Shown here: positions 8,518 to 17,137 of the stretch, in pieces
How the letters are laid out: each line of letters starts with the position of its first letter
Numbering within the stretch: position 1 is the stretch's first letter
Notes under the pieces: generated by a model
Told to the model about the DNA's origin: nothing
Databases searched by the model: none
Seen by the model: only the letters and a program-made list of their open reading frames with translations
Virus record (IMG/VR): IMGVR_UViG_3300020195_000009
Location: 1 to 64,000 of that record
Reading direction: 5' to 3' (one strand)
Length of the DNA: 64,000 nt
Position numbers and translations under genes: made by a program

Positions 8518-9444
8518 TCAGGAGCCCATGAGGGCTTCAAATCGTTCGATGCGATCTTGGGCCCATTCCCCCTTGAGCCCGAAGTTTGAGATGGCGAAAA
8601 GCTCAGCAAAGGCCTCACCTTCCTTCCTACTATACTTCGAGGTCCACCACTCAGGGCGCTCAAAATCAACGGAAAGGCGGTTTTTTCGCTCATACCTATG
8701 CCCAAGCTCATGGATGAGGATGTAGTCCAGGGCTCCGTAGGTACCACTGGTTCGCTTGAGGACGTTGGGGGTGGCTCGGACGTACAGGGTATCCTCCCCC
8801 GACTTGTAGACCCCTCCTGCGGTACCTCGGAACTCCTTGGGACCTGCCAGGGCAACCTTGAGTCCCCCAAGGGCCTTCCGCCGCCACCCCTTCACTTCGT
8901 CGAAGACCGCCTCCATCGAGGTCACGTAATGGCCGATCTTCTTCTGGTCTAACCCTACAAGGTTTAGGTAGGTGTTGCCCCCTGCCTGGATTTCCTTGGG
9001 AACAATCTTGCCCCCCTCGTTCGAGAAGTACCGGACGAGGTCTCCAGCGAGGGGTTTGATCTCTGACTTCCAGAGGCGCTCCGCCTCCGCTCGGCTGTTC
9101 ACTTGAGGCATCTTGGCCCCCGAGTCTCGCAGGAACCAGTGGAATTTACTGGCTTTATCTTTGAGATCCTTCTGCCCCTGGGGGGTCTTCGGAGTCTCGA
9201 AACGGAAGTTGTCTTTGAACCACTCGGCTGTTTTAGCGGCCTCTTCGGGGATGAAGTCCGCGAAAAGGCGGTCCATCTTGGTGTTCAGCTCATCATTGAG
9301 CGTTGAACTGAACATGAACTTGGCTGCCACCCGGCGAGCCATCCGGTCCTGGTAGAAGAAGGCGACCCGCTCAACGATGTCCACGGGCTCTCGAAAGGGG
9401 GCTGATTCCGAATGACAACCCCAAGCTATTTCTAAGTCCGTCAT
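8518..9444 (-). CDS. Zincin-type metallopeptidase-domain protein with N-terminal RVAFFY/RVAAKF motifs
   Basis: LIHELGHRYE (HExxH) plus downstream EAFAELF. ATG at 9444 forms a TGATG overlap with the upstream stop. Confidence 0.75.
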   Translation of the reverse strand: MTDLEIAWGCHSESAPFREPVDIVERVAFFYQDRMARRVAAKFMFSSTLNDELNTKMDRLFADFIPEEAAKTAEWFKDNFRFETPKTPQGQKDLKDKASKFHWFLRDSGAKMPQVNSRAEAERLWKSEIKPLAGDLVRYFSNEGGKIVPKEIQAGGNTYLNLVGLDQKKIGHYVTSMEAVFDEVKGWRRKALGGLKVALAGPKEFRGTAGGVYKSGEDTLYVRATPNVLKRTSGTYGALDYILIHELGHRYERKNRLSVDFERPEWWTSKYSRKEGEAFAELFAISNFGLKGEWAQDRIERFEALMGS

Positions 9445-10223
9445 CAACTCACTTCGGCATACACAATGCAATCCGTGCTCCACACGAGGCCTTTGCAGTG
9501 AACCTTCCCACAAGGTTCAACGACGCAAACCCCACCCCCACCGAACCGATTGGGCTTGTCACCTTCTTCGCCGTAACGGTTGGATACAACAAGGAAGACC
9601 TTGTTCTCCATAGCGAAGTCCATCCAAGCAGTGGCCGGGAAGCCCCCCTCACCCCAGTTGGATGAAAACGCTACGATGTCTGCATCCCCTGGGGAGTAGA
9701 GGTTCTTCCAATCGTCATTCACCTTGTCACGAACGTCTCGACAGATAAGAAGCCCCACCTTCTTTTCAACGCCGTCGATCGTGGCTTGAACGATAGGGGG
9801 GTTGGCCCGGCCGGACTCTGCCCATAGGAAGTCATTGGCCCAGCGGTTGATCTTCCGCATGCTTTCGAGGTAACCAAAGGGATCAACGTAGACCTGGCTG
9901 TTGTACAGCTTCCCGGTTCCCGCCTCTTCCTCGATCATCCCCCACACGAGGTGGACGTTGAACTTGGAGGCTAGGGCCGCCATGAGCCTCGTTGTAGGGA
10001 TTTCGTCGTTCGCTCGGATCGCCGGCTCCAACGTGATGATCTCAGCGTCAACCCGTGCCTCTTCCGGGCTCATGTATGAATACCCAGTAGTTGCAAGCTC
10101 CGGCATCACGATAAGCTTCGCCCCCGCCCCGGCAGCCTGCTCGATGAGCTTCACAAGCCGACGCTGATTCTCACGTTTCTGACGGAAGACAGGGGCGAAC
10201 TGGATGGCTGCTACGAGGGGCAT
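9444..10223 (-). CDS. Carbon-nitrogen hydrolase (nitrilase superfamily)
   Basis: Start MPLVAAIQFAP; catalytic triad motifs VMPELATTGY (E), RKIN (K), GLLICRD (C); VVSNRYGEE. Confidence 0.9.
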   Translation of the reverse strand: MPLVAAIQFAPVFRQKRENQRRLVKLIEQAAGAGAKLIVMPELATTGYSYMSPEEARVDAEIITLEPAIRANDEIPTTRLMAALASKFNVHLVWGMIEEEAGTGKLYNSQVYVDPFGYLESMRKINRWANDFLWAESGRANPPIVQATIDGVEKKVGLLICRDVRDKVNDDWKNLYSPGDADIVAFSSNWGEGGFPATAWMDFAMENKVFLVVSNRYGEEGDKPNRFGGGGVCVVEPCGKVHCKGLVWSTDCIVYAEVS

Positions 10224-10228
10224 CGGGC

Positions 10229-10885
10229 TTACCAGTTGGAGAGTTCCTGAGCCTTGCTGCCGTCGAAGGGTACGAGGATCTTCTTCGTACGAAGCCGGTT
10301 GACACCCCACCGACGAGTCGCGACCTTGGCGGCGTCTTTGACGAGGCTAGCTTCAACCGAACTAGGGATCTTCACCCCAAACTTCGACTCGACCCAACGA
10401 AGCTCGTTTTTGACGGTATCTTGAACCGAAGGCTGACCCTTCGTGTACTTCGTCAAGATTTCAGCGACCTTCAACGAATGGTCCACGGTGTTCCCGCCCG
10501 TAGGATCGGAGCTTCCGGTCGGCTTCCAACTAGGATCAATCACAAGCCCCTCAAGCTGTTCACGCTCGGGGTTGGCCGGACGGTACGCCATCTTCTCCGC
10601 AAACATGGGGAGGATGCCGAACCGCCACGTATTGAGCCCCATGATGGCCGAGTTGATGACGTAGTTGCGTGGAGGATCCCACCACGCCCCCTGCTTGTCC
10701 TTTGCGAATCGGGACAAGTTGGCGTTGAGATAAGCCTCCATCGCTTGGTATGAAGACTCTTCCTCTTCGGCCTTAACCAGCCTCATCGCCTCGTTAGCGA
10801 GGAACAGACGCTCCGCCTGAACGAGGTGCCCGGCCTTCATGAAAGCTACAGCGAGGGAGCGGATCTCTTCGGCGGTCTTCTTCAT
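10229..10885 (-). CDS. Hypothetical protein
   Basis: Start MKKTAEEI with GGAAGGA SD upstream. Confidence 0.65.
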   Translation of the reverse strand: MKKTAEEIRSLAVAFMKAGHLVQAERLFLANEAMRLVKAEEEESSYQAMEAYLNANLSRFAKDKQGAWWDPPRNYVINSAIMGLNTWRFGILPMFAEKMAYRPANPEREQLEGLVIDPSWKPTGSSDPTGGNTVDHSLKVAEILTKYTKGQPSVQDTVKNELRWVESKFGVKIPSSVEASLVKDAAKVATRRWGVNRLRTKKILVPFDGSKAQELSNW

Positions 10886-10950
10886 GGTTCCTTCCAGCGC
10901 TCCTCGGGAGTTTTCACCCAAGGCTGCCTTACAAGAACCTTCTCACGCCT

Positions 10951-11313
10951 TTAGGGGAACTGGCGATCCCAATAAGGGTCCGACGGTCCACGATAGACCC
11001 GAGGGGGCCTCAGGGTCGTTTGCATCGTGGAGATCGGAACAACCCCCTTCCGCTCTCCGATGCGGAGAGTGAAGTTACCATTTTCGTGACCTATGACGGC
11101 ACGACCCTCTGCTAGGAGGGCATCGAGAAGAGGGGTCATACTCACAAAGGAAAGACCCGCATCCATCCGAAAGTAGCGGGCTGTCCCTATGCTCACGGGC
11201 TCAAGAACATCGAGCCTTTTGAATTGAAGGCCCATCTCGTGAGCCTTCCTGATGACAGCCTCCGCAACATGAAGGTCTGCCTCCCCAGGGTGCGCTTGGA
11301 CTCCGAACCTCAT
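10951..11313 (-). CDS. Hypothetical protein
   Basis: ATGA overlap with the DHFR stop. Confidence 0.6.
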   Translation of the reverse strand: MRFGVQAHPGEADLHVAEAVIRKAHEMGLQFKRLDVLEPVSIGTARYFRMDAGLSFVSMTPLLDALLAEGRAVIGHENGNFTLRIGERKGVVPISTMQTTLRPPRVYRGPSDPYWDRQFP

Positions 11314-11825
11314 ACCCTAGTATACGTTCGATGGATCAGCGTCGGGTCGTCTGGGTTCTGCTCTTCGCTGGCGACTTTGAACCCTTCGACCTGCCCCTCC
11401 TTGAACCAGTTGAGGGTGGTGATCTTGTAGACTCCGTGCGGGTTGGGATGTTGGTACTCCTCGTTCACGAGCGTCACGTCAAGCTCATCGCAGAACTTGA
11501 GACCCTCTTCGTAGATCGAAGCGCCCCCAGCCAACCAGATCGGGGTGCCTTCCTTCCCTGCCACGAGGATGGCGTCCGCTAGCTCCGAGAAGACGGTCAC
11601 CCCATCCCAATGAGGGTGAGCATCATTCTTGGTGAGAACGAAGGTCTTGCGACCGGGTAACGGTCGGCCGATCGACTCCCATGTGACGCGACCCATGATG
11701 AGAACGCCACCCATCGTGGTCTTTTTGAATCGCTTGAGGTCCGCTGACTTCCGCCAGGGGAGTTGGCCGTCAACTCCGATGAGTCCATTGGAGCTTGTTG
11801 CCACGATGATCTTCGGTGTAGTCAT
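11310..11825 (-). CDS. folA: Dihydrofolate reductase
   Basis: NGLIGVDGQLPWRKSADLKRFKKTTMGGVLIMGRVTWESIGRPLPGR; WLAGGASIY. Confidence 0.95.
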   Translation of the reverse strand: MTTPKIIVATSSNGLIGVDGQLPWRKSADLKRFKKTTMGGVLIMGRVTWESIGRPLPGRKTFVLTKNDAHPHWDGVTVFSELADAILVAGKEGTPIWLAGGASIYEEGLKFCDELDVTLVNEEYQHPNPHGVYKITTLNWFKEGQVEGFKVASEEQNPDDPTLIHRTYTRV

Positions 11826-11855
11826 TCAGGAGTTCCCCCAGTTTGCTGAAACGGC

Positions 11856-12404
11856 TTACTCATCATCAACCCTTTCAAGTCTCGTTCGAGGAGGTGGGTC
11901 AGGGACATAAGGGATCGTGCCTCGGTCCCACTCGTCCCCGGATTCTTGGACGATGTAGACCTCACCCATGAAACCCTTGAGCTGATCCTCAGCCTTCGAG
12001 AAGGCTCGAAACCGTAAATCCCCGCCACCTAACAAGAGAACCCGATCAGCGGTCTCCTGCTTGACCCTCACGTCAGGGATGGAGGCCCTTGCGGCTATCT
12101 TGAGGTCCTCAGCCGCTCGTTGATTGGTCGTCGTAACAAGGACCCGTTCACCAGAGAGAGCCTTTGTCACAGCCTCCTGAAGCATCTGGACTTGCTTCAT
12201 TGACCTTCGGGCCGACTGGAAGATCAGGGCTCCGCCCCCACGTAGCATGAGGACTCCCGACCGACGAGAGACGGGACCGAAGCTGAGGCGACTCTCGATA
12301 CCCGCTTGAACGTGCATAGCCTCGTCGTCGTTTTCGCATCGAATGACGACACGTTCCCCAGCTTCCGCTCGTCTCGCCAGTTCGATCATCTCCTCGTGAG
12401 TCAT
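11856..12404 (-). CDS. Hypothetical protein with an internal duplication
   Basis: Start MTHEEMIE after the HU stop. Repeated segments AEAGERVVIRC / ALSGERVLVTT and LMLRGGGALIF / LLLGGGDLRF. C-terminus PPPRTRLERVDDE. Confidence 0.6.
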   Translation of the reverse strand: MTHEEMIELARRAEAGERVVIRCENDDEAMHVQAGIESRLSFGPVSRRSGVLMLRGGGALIFQSARRSMKQVQMLQEAVTKALSGERVLVTTTNQRAAEDLKIAARASIPDVRVKQETADRVLLLGGGDLRFRAFSKAEDQLKGFMGEVYIVQESGDEWDRGTIPYVPDPPPRTRLERVDDE

Positions 12405-12409
12405 CAGAG

Positions 12410-12703
12410 TTATGAAACGACGGCCTTTTTCAAAGGCGACACGGGCCGAACTTTCACCTTTTTTGAAGCGGGTTTCGCAGCAACCGTCGCCATCTGTTTG
12501 GTGAAGGGATTCATCCGCTGACACTCTGGTGTTGCAGGGGTGTCCTTGAGTGTGATCTTCACAAGACCGGGAAGTGTGATCTCCCCTTCCGCCTTGAGGG
12601 CCTCGACAACGGCCGCTGCGTAGTGGTCGACGTACTTGGCGGCATCACCCTTAGTGATGCCAAGACGGGTGGCGAGGGATTCAACGAACTGGGACTTGGA
12701 CAT
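12410..12703 (-). CDS. HU-family nucleoid-associated protein
   Basis: MSKSQFVESLATRLGITKGDAAK...EGEITLPGLVKI...RMNPFT...AAKPASKKVKVRP...LKKAV matches the HU/IHF fold pattern. Confidence 0.9.
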   Translation of the reverse strand: MSKSQFVESLATRLGITKGDAAKYVDHYAAAVVEALKAEGEITLPGLVKITLKDTPATPECQRMNPFTKQMATVAAKPASKKVKVRPVSPLKKAVVS

Positions 12704-12713
12704 GGGAGTTTAC

Positions 12714-13592
12714 CTACACCAACTTGTAGTTTTTCTGGAAGTTACCTGCGAAGGATGGAGTCTGCTTGTGGCACGGGACGCATAGAGTCCGCCCGTTTGA
12801 GATGTCCCACATAGCTTCGCAACCGTAGGCGTCTTCGAGGGTTCGGATGTTGTACTCCACGAGGAGGACGGCGAATGGCTTGATGTGATCGGCGTGAAGT
12901 GGACCTCCAACCCGACCACACTCTTGGCACGTGAACTTGTCGCGGTTGAAGACAGCCTTCCTCCAGGTAACGGAGCGTTCGGTGTTGCGAATCAAGAGCG
13001 CAAGCGAAGTCTTGCCGCCCTGCCAGTTGGAACCGTTGGGGCCTTGAAAGCGACCTCGATTAGCTTGAGAGATCCGTTGTTTAGCTTCCGAACTGTGAGT
13101 ACGACCAAAGAAAGGGTTGAGAGGTCCCACCTTTTTGGACCCCGCTTCTGATAGAGCCTGGCGGACTTCGGGTCGGGCCATTGCCTCGCGATTAGCAGCC
13201 CTCCAAGTTTCCGTTTGAGTGATAGCCTTGAGTCTAACGCCTGCCGCCGCTTTAACCTCCTCCGAGTGGGTTCGACCAAACATCGGATTCCTTGACCCAG
13301 AGACCGCCACACTTCGACGAGCTTTGACCTCTGGTTTCAGGTTGGTCTCCCGAAGGGTTTCCGAAGTTCGTTTGCGTGCCTCTTCGGACTTGGGCTTCCC
13401 GAACATCGGGTTTCGGGGACCTGAGAGAGCTTCGGACTTGGACCTGGCGGGGATGCCTTGAATCTTCATCCACTTGCGGATCGAAAGCTCCGAAATCCCG
13501 TCCAAGCGGGCAATCTGTCGTATCGAGAGGCCCTCCACAACATAGCGCTGATACAGGTATTCTTTGGTGAGGTTGAGCGCTTTCACACTCAA
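12714..13592 (-). mobile_element. Free-standing HNH homing endonuclease with NUMOD3-like repeats
   Basis: Repeats NPMFGK, NPMFGRTHSEE, NPFFGRTHSSEAK; C-terminal CQECG...LHADHIKP...NGRTLCVPCHK. Confidence 0.9.
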
Positions 13593-13631
13593 CCATCTGT
13601 ATCAAAGAACTAATGATCCTTCTCTGGGAGC

Positions 13632-14678
13632 TTAGACTGCCACCTTCATACTGAGAGCAGGCCAGGGGGTGTACCCTTCGAGAACGAAGTGCTTCATAAC
13701 CTCTTCGGTCGAAATCGTTGGGTCCATGAGCGCTTCGATGTCGGTGAGATCCTTGATTTGATCCGATATGATCAGCTTCGGGAGTGGGCGAGGCTCTCGG
13801 GTCAACTGCTCCTTGAGCGCAGGCACGTGGTCGTACTCGGCTTTTGAGCCATCTGGTTTCGCTGTGTATATGTGTGCATCGACGAGTGCGTGACCGAAGA
13901 TACCCGGCTCGATGCCGGAAAACCTTGAAAACAGGTGAATAAGCAAAGCATAGCTCGCGATGTTGTAACCGACACCTAATCCGACATCCGCGCTCCTCTG
14001 CGTCAGGTGGAGACAGAGGCGCCGCACAGCAGGGTAGTTCGGAACAGTCACCGAGAAGTGTCGATCCAGGTCGTCGCGGGAAGTCCTTGAGAGCACCTCA
14101 CCGACTGTTTCTTTAGATGCGGCCCGCTTGAGGTCTTCACCCACGAAGTGCTCCAGCGGACGTGGCTCGTTCTGCACGTTGAACATGAACAGGCAGTGGC
14201 ACGGCGGGAGCTTGCTCGTCTGAGCGTTTCCCGGAGCCCACGCTGAGACGATCATGCGCCGGGACATGGGGTTCTTCTTCAACTCGGCGAGAACCCACGC
14301 GATCTGGTCGTTGAACTTGCAGGCGTCCATACCGTCGATCGTGTGGTCCGACGAGTCGATGGTCCCGTGAACGGGGAACTGCCGCCAGAAGTTGCCGTAG
14401 GCGCTCGGGACCTTGCCGCTGGAATCCGCCCACGCGTCCCAGAACTTGCAGCCGTGCTGCTTGAGGATCGAGATGTCAGTCTGGCCGCTGAGGAACCATA
14501 ACATTTCAATGACGATGTTCTTCCAGCTCACCGACTTGGTGGTGAGGAGAGGGAAGCCGGTCCTCAAGTCGTGCTCGTAGTAGTACCCGAAGGTCGAGAG
14601 CGTATCCACGCCCGTTCGGTTTTCCTTGCGAGTCCCCGTCTCCAGCACGTGCTTCACGAGATCGATGTAGGCTTTCAC
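13632..14678 (-). CDS. thyA: Thymidylate synthase with an insertion of about 49 aa
   Basis: RTGVDT, GFPLLTTK, EMLWFLSG, NPMSRRMIVSAW, LPPCH, QRSAD...YNIASYALL, DAHIY. Confidence 0.95.
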   Translation of the reverse strand: MKAYIDLVKHVLETGTRKENRTGVDTLSTFGYYYEHDLRTGFPLLTTKSVSWKNIVIEMLWFLSGQTDISILKQHGCKFWDAWADSSGKVPSAYGNFWRQFPVHGTIDSSDHTIDGMDACKFNDQIAWVLAELKKNPMSRRMIVSAWAPGNAQTSKLPPCHCLFMFNVQNEPRPLEHFVGEDLKRAASKETVGEVLSRTSRDDLDRHFSVTVPNYPAVRRLCLHLTQRSADVGLGVGYNIASYALLIHLFSRFSGIEPGIFGHALVDAHIYTAKPDGSKAEYDHVPALKEQLTREPRPLPKLIISDQIKDLTDIEALMDPTISTEEVMKHFVLEGYTPWPALSMKVAV

Positions 14679-14737
14679 TTAAGCACCTCTCCGAGACTCA
14701 CTACACCCAGGAGCCCTGAATAACCTGAGAATAATAT

Positions 14738-15463
14738 TCAGACGGGGTCTTCTCTGTCGAATCGGGTTGGGATCTTCTTGCGGTTGATGGGTTCATGCCC
14801 CATCCGAAGGTCCTTAATCATCCATTTGTCCGTGAACTTGAGGATGCAACTAGGGTTATCCCCGACAAGCCCGAAGCGATCCTTCGTCACCGTAGCCTCG
14901 ATACCGTCCTCGTGGGGTTCGAGGCGCAAGCTGACGGCGCTTCCGTGTGCAATCGCTGTCGGAGTTCCAAAGTTGGCGGTCTTCATCTCTGCTCTCGTGG
15001 CCTGTTTTCTGAGCTGCCACGTCATGAGCAACGCTACTCCCGGTCTTTCCGCCAACGCCTTGCCAACTTTCGGCACCCAATTTGTGAACATACCGGCGAT
15101 GGAGACGTTGCGCCGATCCGTGGTGAGCATATTGGGTGAGTCTAGGACGACCAATCCGCATCCATCCGACGTTACCGAGCGAAGAGCTGCTGCGAGACAC
15201 TCCTCCAGGCTGGTCGGATTCATCGTGTTGAAGCTAAGGTTGGAGTTCAACCCCAAGGTGAAGAGACGATCAGAAGAGACCGACGCTTCGCAGTCGAAGT
15301 ACATCGTCTTGCGGTTTCGTCGTGCTGCCGCCGCCGCTACCGCAAGACCGAGAGTCGTTCGACCTGTCCCCGTTTCCCCCATGATCACGGAGAGACATCC
15401 CCCAGGAAACCCCCCTTGGAGGATCTTGTCGAGATTCTTGCTTCCGGTCCCGAACGAGATCAT
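14738..15463 (-). CDS. RecA/RadA-like ATPase-fold protein with a non-canonical Walker A
   Basis: TGSKNLDKILQGGFPGG...GETGTGRTT, YFDCE, LVVLDS. ATG at 15463 forms an ATGA overlap. Confidence 0.75.
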   Translation of the reverse strand: MISFGTGSKNLDKILQGGFPGGCLSVIMGETGTGRTTLGLAVAAAAARRNRKTMYFDCEASVSSDRLFTLGLNSNLSFNTMNPTSLEECLAAALRSVTSDGCGLVVLDSPNMLTTDRRNVSIAGMFTNWVPKVGKALAERPGVALLMTWQLRKQATRAEMKTANFGTPTAIAHGSAVSLRLEPHEDGIEATVTKDRFGLVGDNPSCILKFTDKWMIKDLRMGHEPINRKKIPTRFDREDPV

Positions 15464-16020
15464 GAGCGGCGAGCTTTCATCCTGGCGATGACCTCGGACC
15501 AAGACTTCACTCGAAGGTCATCTAGGCCAAGGTTCCGGGTGTTAGGGCACTGCCATAGCATGGCAGTGCCCTGAGGGTGACGTTCTGCCCAGCCCGACAC
15601 GTGAGAAGGATTGTCATCCAGGAGCCCGCCCCCTTGGACCATGTGTTTGCTCGACGTGTAGATGATATCCTTGGACGAGAAGGAGAAGTGTTCCTTGAGC
15701 CACTCCGTCCGCTCGTAGGTCCAGTTGCGGCTATGTTGGGGCGTCGTCACGGCCACCACGTGAACGAAGGTCCGAAGCTCCCGGATCGCTTCGAGGGCCT
15801 CCGGGTAGGCCTTGAGAGACTGGCAGAATCCGTGCTTCTCGAACAGGGTGAAGCACACCTTTTTCTGGTCTTCGGTCAGGACCGTGAAGATGTCCCACAC
15901 GTCGAAGTCGGCCGGTTGGTACCTTCGGCCCGTGATGACGGCCATGATGTCGAGAGCCGGAGTTTGGAAGTCACATAGAACTTCATCTACGTCTACGAGG
16001 AGAACCTCACTGTCAGTCAT
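15460..16020 (-). CDS. 5'(3')-deoxyribonucleotidase (HAD family)
   Basis: LVDVDEVLCDF (DxD), ERTEWLKEHF, KHMV...LLDDNP. Confidence 0.85.
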   Translation of the reverse strand: MTDSEVLLVDVDEVLCDFQTPALDIMAVITGRRYQPADFDVWDIFTVLTEDQKKVCFTLFEKHGFCQSLKAYPEALEAIRELRTFVHVVAVTTPQHSRNWTYERTEWLKEHFSFSSKDIIYTSSKHMVQGGGLLDDNPSHVSGWAERHPQGTAMLWQCPNTRNLGLDDLRVKSWSEVIARMKARRS

Positions 16021-16307
16021 CCCACCTGTACACCATGCTTAGCCAGCATGGCCTTCAAGGCGGGGTCGTCCTCTTCGTCTGGGTCCTCATGGGCCATCTG
16101 GAGAACCCTAGAAAAGCGGTCCGTCCCGGTCTTCCAGCCGTCGATGGCCTCGTGGACCACCTTGGTTACTTGGTCTTGCTCTTCCGGGGTCCGAGCCCTG
16201 GCGTACATGAGCCGGAAGGTCTCGACTTGCTCAGCATTCAGCTCTTTCCCGACGTGGCGAGCTTTGAGAGCGAGAATCAGCGTGTTTTTACGTTGCCTCA
16301 GACCCAT
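16017..16307 (-). CDS. Hypothetical protein
   Basis: ORF track; ATGA overlap with the downstream gene. Confidence 0.6.
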   Translation of the reverse strand: MGLRQRKNTLILALKARHVGKELNAEQVETFRLMYARARTPEEQDQVTKVVHEAIDGWKTGTDRFSRVLQMAHEDPDEEDDPALKAMLAKHGVQVG

Positions 16308-16334
16308 AACTTCGACCTGTATGGGAGATATAGC

Positions 16335-16532
16335 TCAGATTTCACGGCCACAGCCTCGGCAGATGAGGACGAGGAGGTAATCATCCTTGTCCAGAAACGA
16401 ACCCCTCCGCGACCCACAATGAGGGCACGGCTCTGGTCCCGTGTCAGGTCGGTCGGGCGGAAGCGCCACTTTACGGCCCGATGGAGCCTTCAAGTGGCTC
16501 AGGTCCCGCACGCCTTGCTTCGTGAGCTTCAT
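16335..16532 (-). CDS. Small zinc-ribbon protein
   Basis: CPHC...ICRGC; GGTGTA motif upstream. Confidence 0.6.
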   Translation of the reverse strand: MKLTKQGVRDLSHLKAPSGRKVALPPDRPDTGPEPCPHCGSRRGSFLDKDDYLLVLICRGCGREI

Positions 16533-16547
16533 TCGATCGTACCTACT

Positions 16548-16874
16548 TTACACCGGATCCCGAGCATCGGCTCGAAGACGAGCCTGGTCCGCCATCATAC
16601 GATCAAACTTCTTGCGGTTGGACTTGCCGGCCTTGACGATCAGGCTCAGTTCCGTCTGAAGGTTTGCCCGGACCTTGGGGTCGGAGGCGGTCTTGATAGC
16701 CCTGGAGGTGCGCACGAACTCCTGACGGGCTCGAACCAGCCAGTTGGACAGGCCCTTGATCTCGCCCGTCACGTCCTCGCCCGTCCCCCAGCAGCGGAAG
16801 CAGATGCCCCGGCAAACATGGGAAAAGCGGGAAAGTACCCCTTCACCCTTACAACGTTCGCATGTAGTTCCCAT
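16548..16874 (-). CDS. Small protein with a DnaJ-type CxxCxGxG zinc finger
   Basis: CERCKGEG...CFRCWGTG. Confidence 0.65.
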   Translation of the reverse strand: MGTTCERCKGEGVLSRFSHVCRGICFRCWGTGEDVTGEIKGLSNWLVRARQEFVRTSRAIKTASDPKVRANLQTELSLIVKAGKSNRKKFDRMMADQARLRADARDPV

Positions 16875-16909
16875 GAGAGAGGAACACCTGGGATCCGTCG
16901 AGATTCAAC

Positions 16910-17137
16910 CTAAATCGGCGGGACACTACTGTAACAGTGCTTTACTCCGTGCTGGCGAGCTTCTTGGGCCGTCATCAGGCGAATGAGCCCCTCCCGCTCA
17001 AGGCTCATGAGGTACTTCTCTGCCTCAATCAACGAGCACTTCGCCATCATGGCCACTTGGCCGATGAGTACGTAGGGGCGTTCGGCAAAGTACTTCAGGA
17101 TTTCTTTGCGGTACTCCTCCGGCTTGTCGTACTTCAT
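16910..17137 (-). CDS. Small protein, possible winged HTH
   Basis: EILKYF...IGQVAMMAKCSLIEAEKYLMSLEREGLI has the wHTH pattern. Confidence 0.55.
   Translation of the reverse strand: MKYDKPEEYRKEILKYFAERPYVLIGQVAMMAKCSLIEAEKYLMSLEREGLIRLMTAQEARQHGVKHCYSSVPPI

Noticed and set aside
10229-10885. MRLVKAEEEE as a fifth member of the RVxxRF family
   Set aside because: It lacks the R/K-aromatic end of the motif, so the similarity is too weak to count.
11814-11820. Plus-strand CGGTGTA inside the DHFR start
   Set aside because: It is the reverse complement of the codons for T-T-P, with no plus-strand gene downstream; probably chance.
13592-14678. Group I intron linking thyA and the HNH gene
   Set aside because: thyA is complete in one ORF and the HNH gene lies wholly downstream of its stop.
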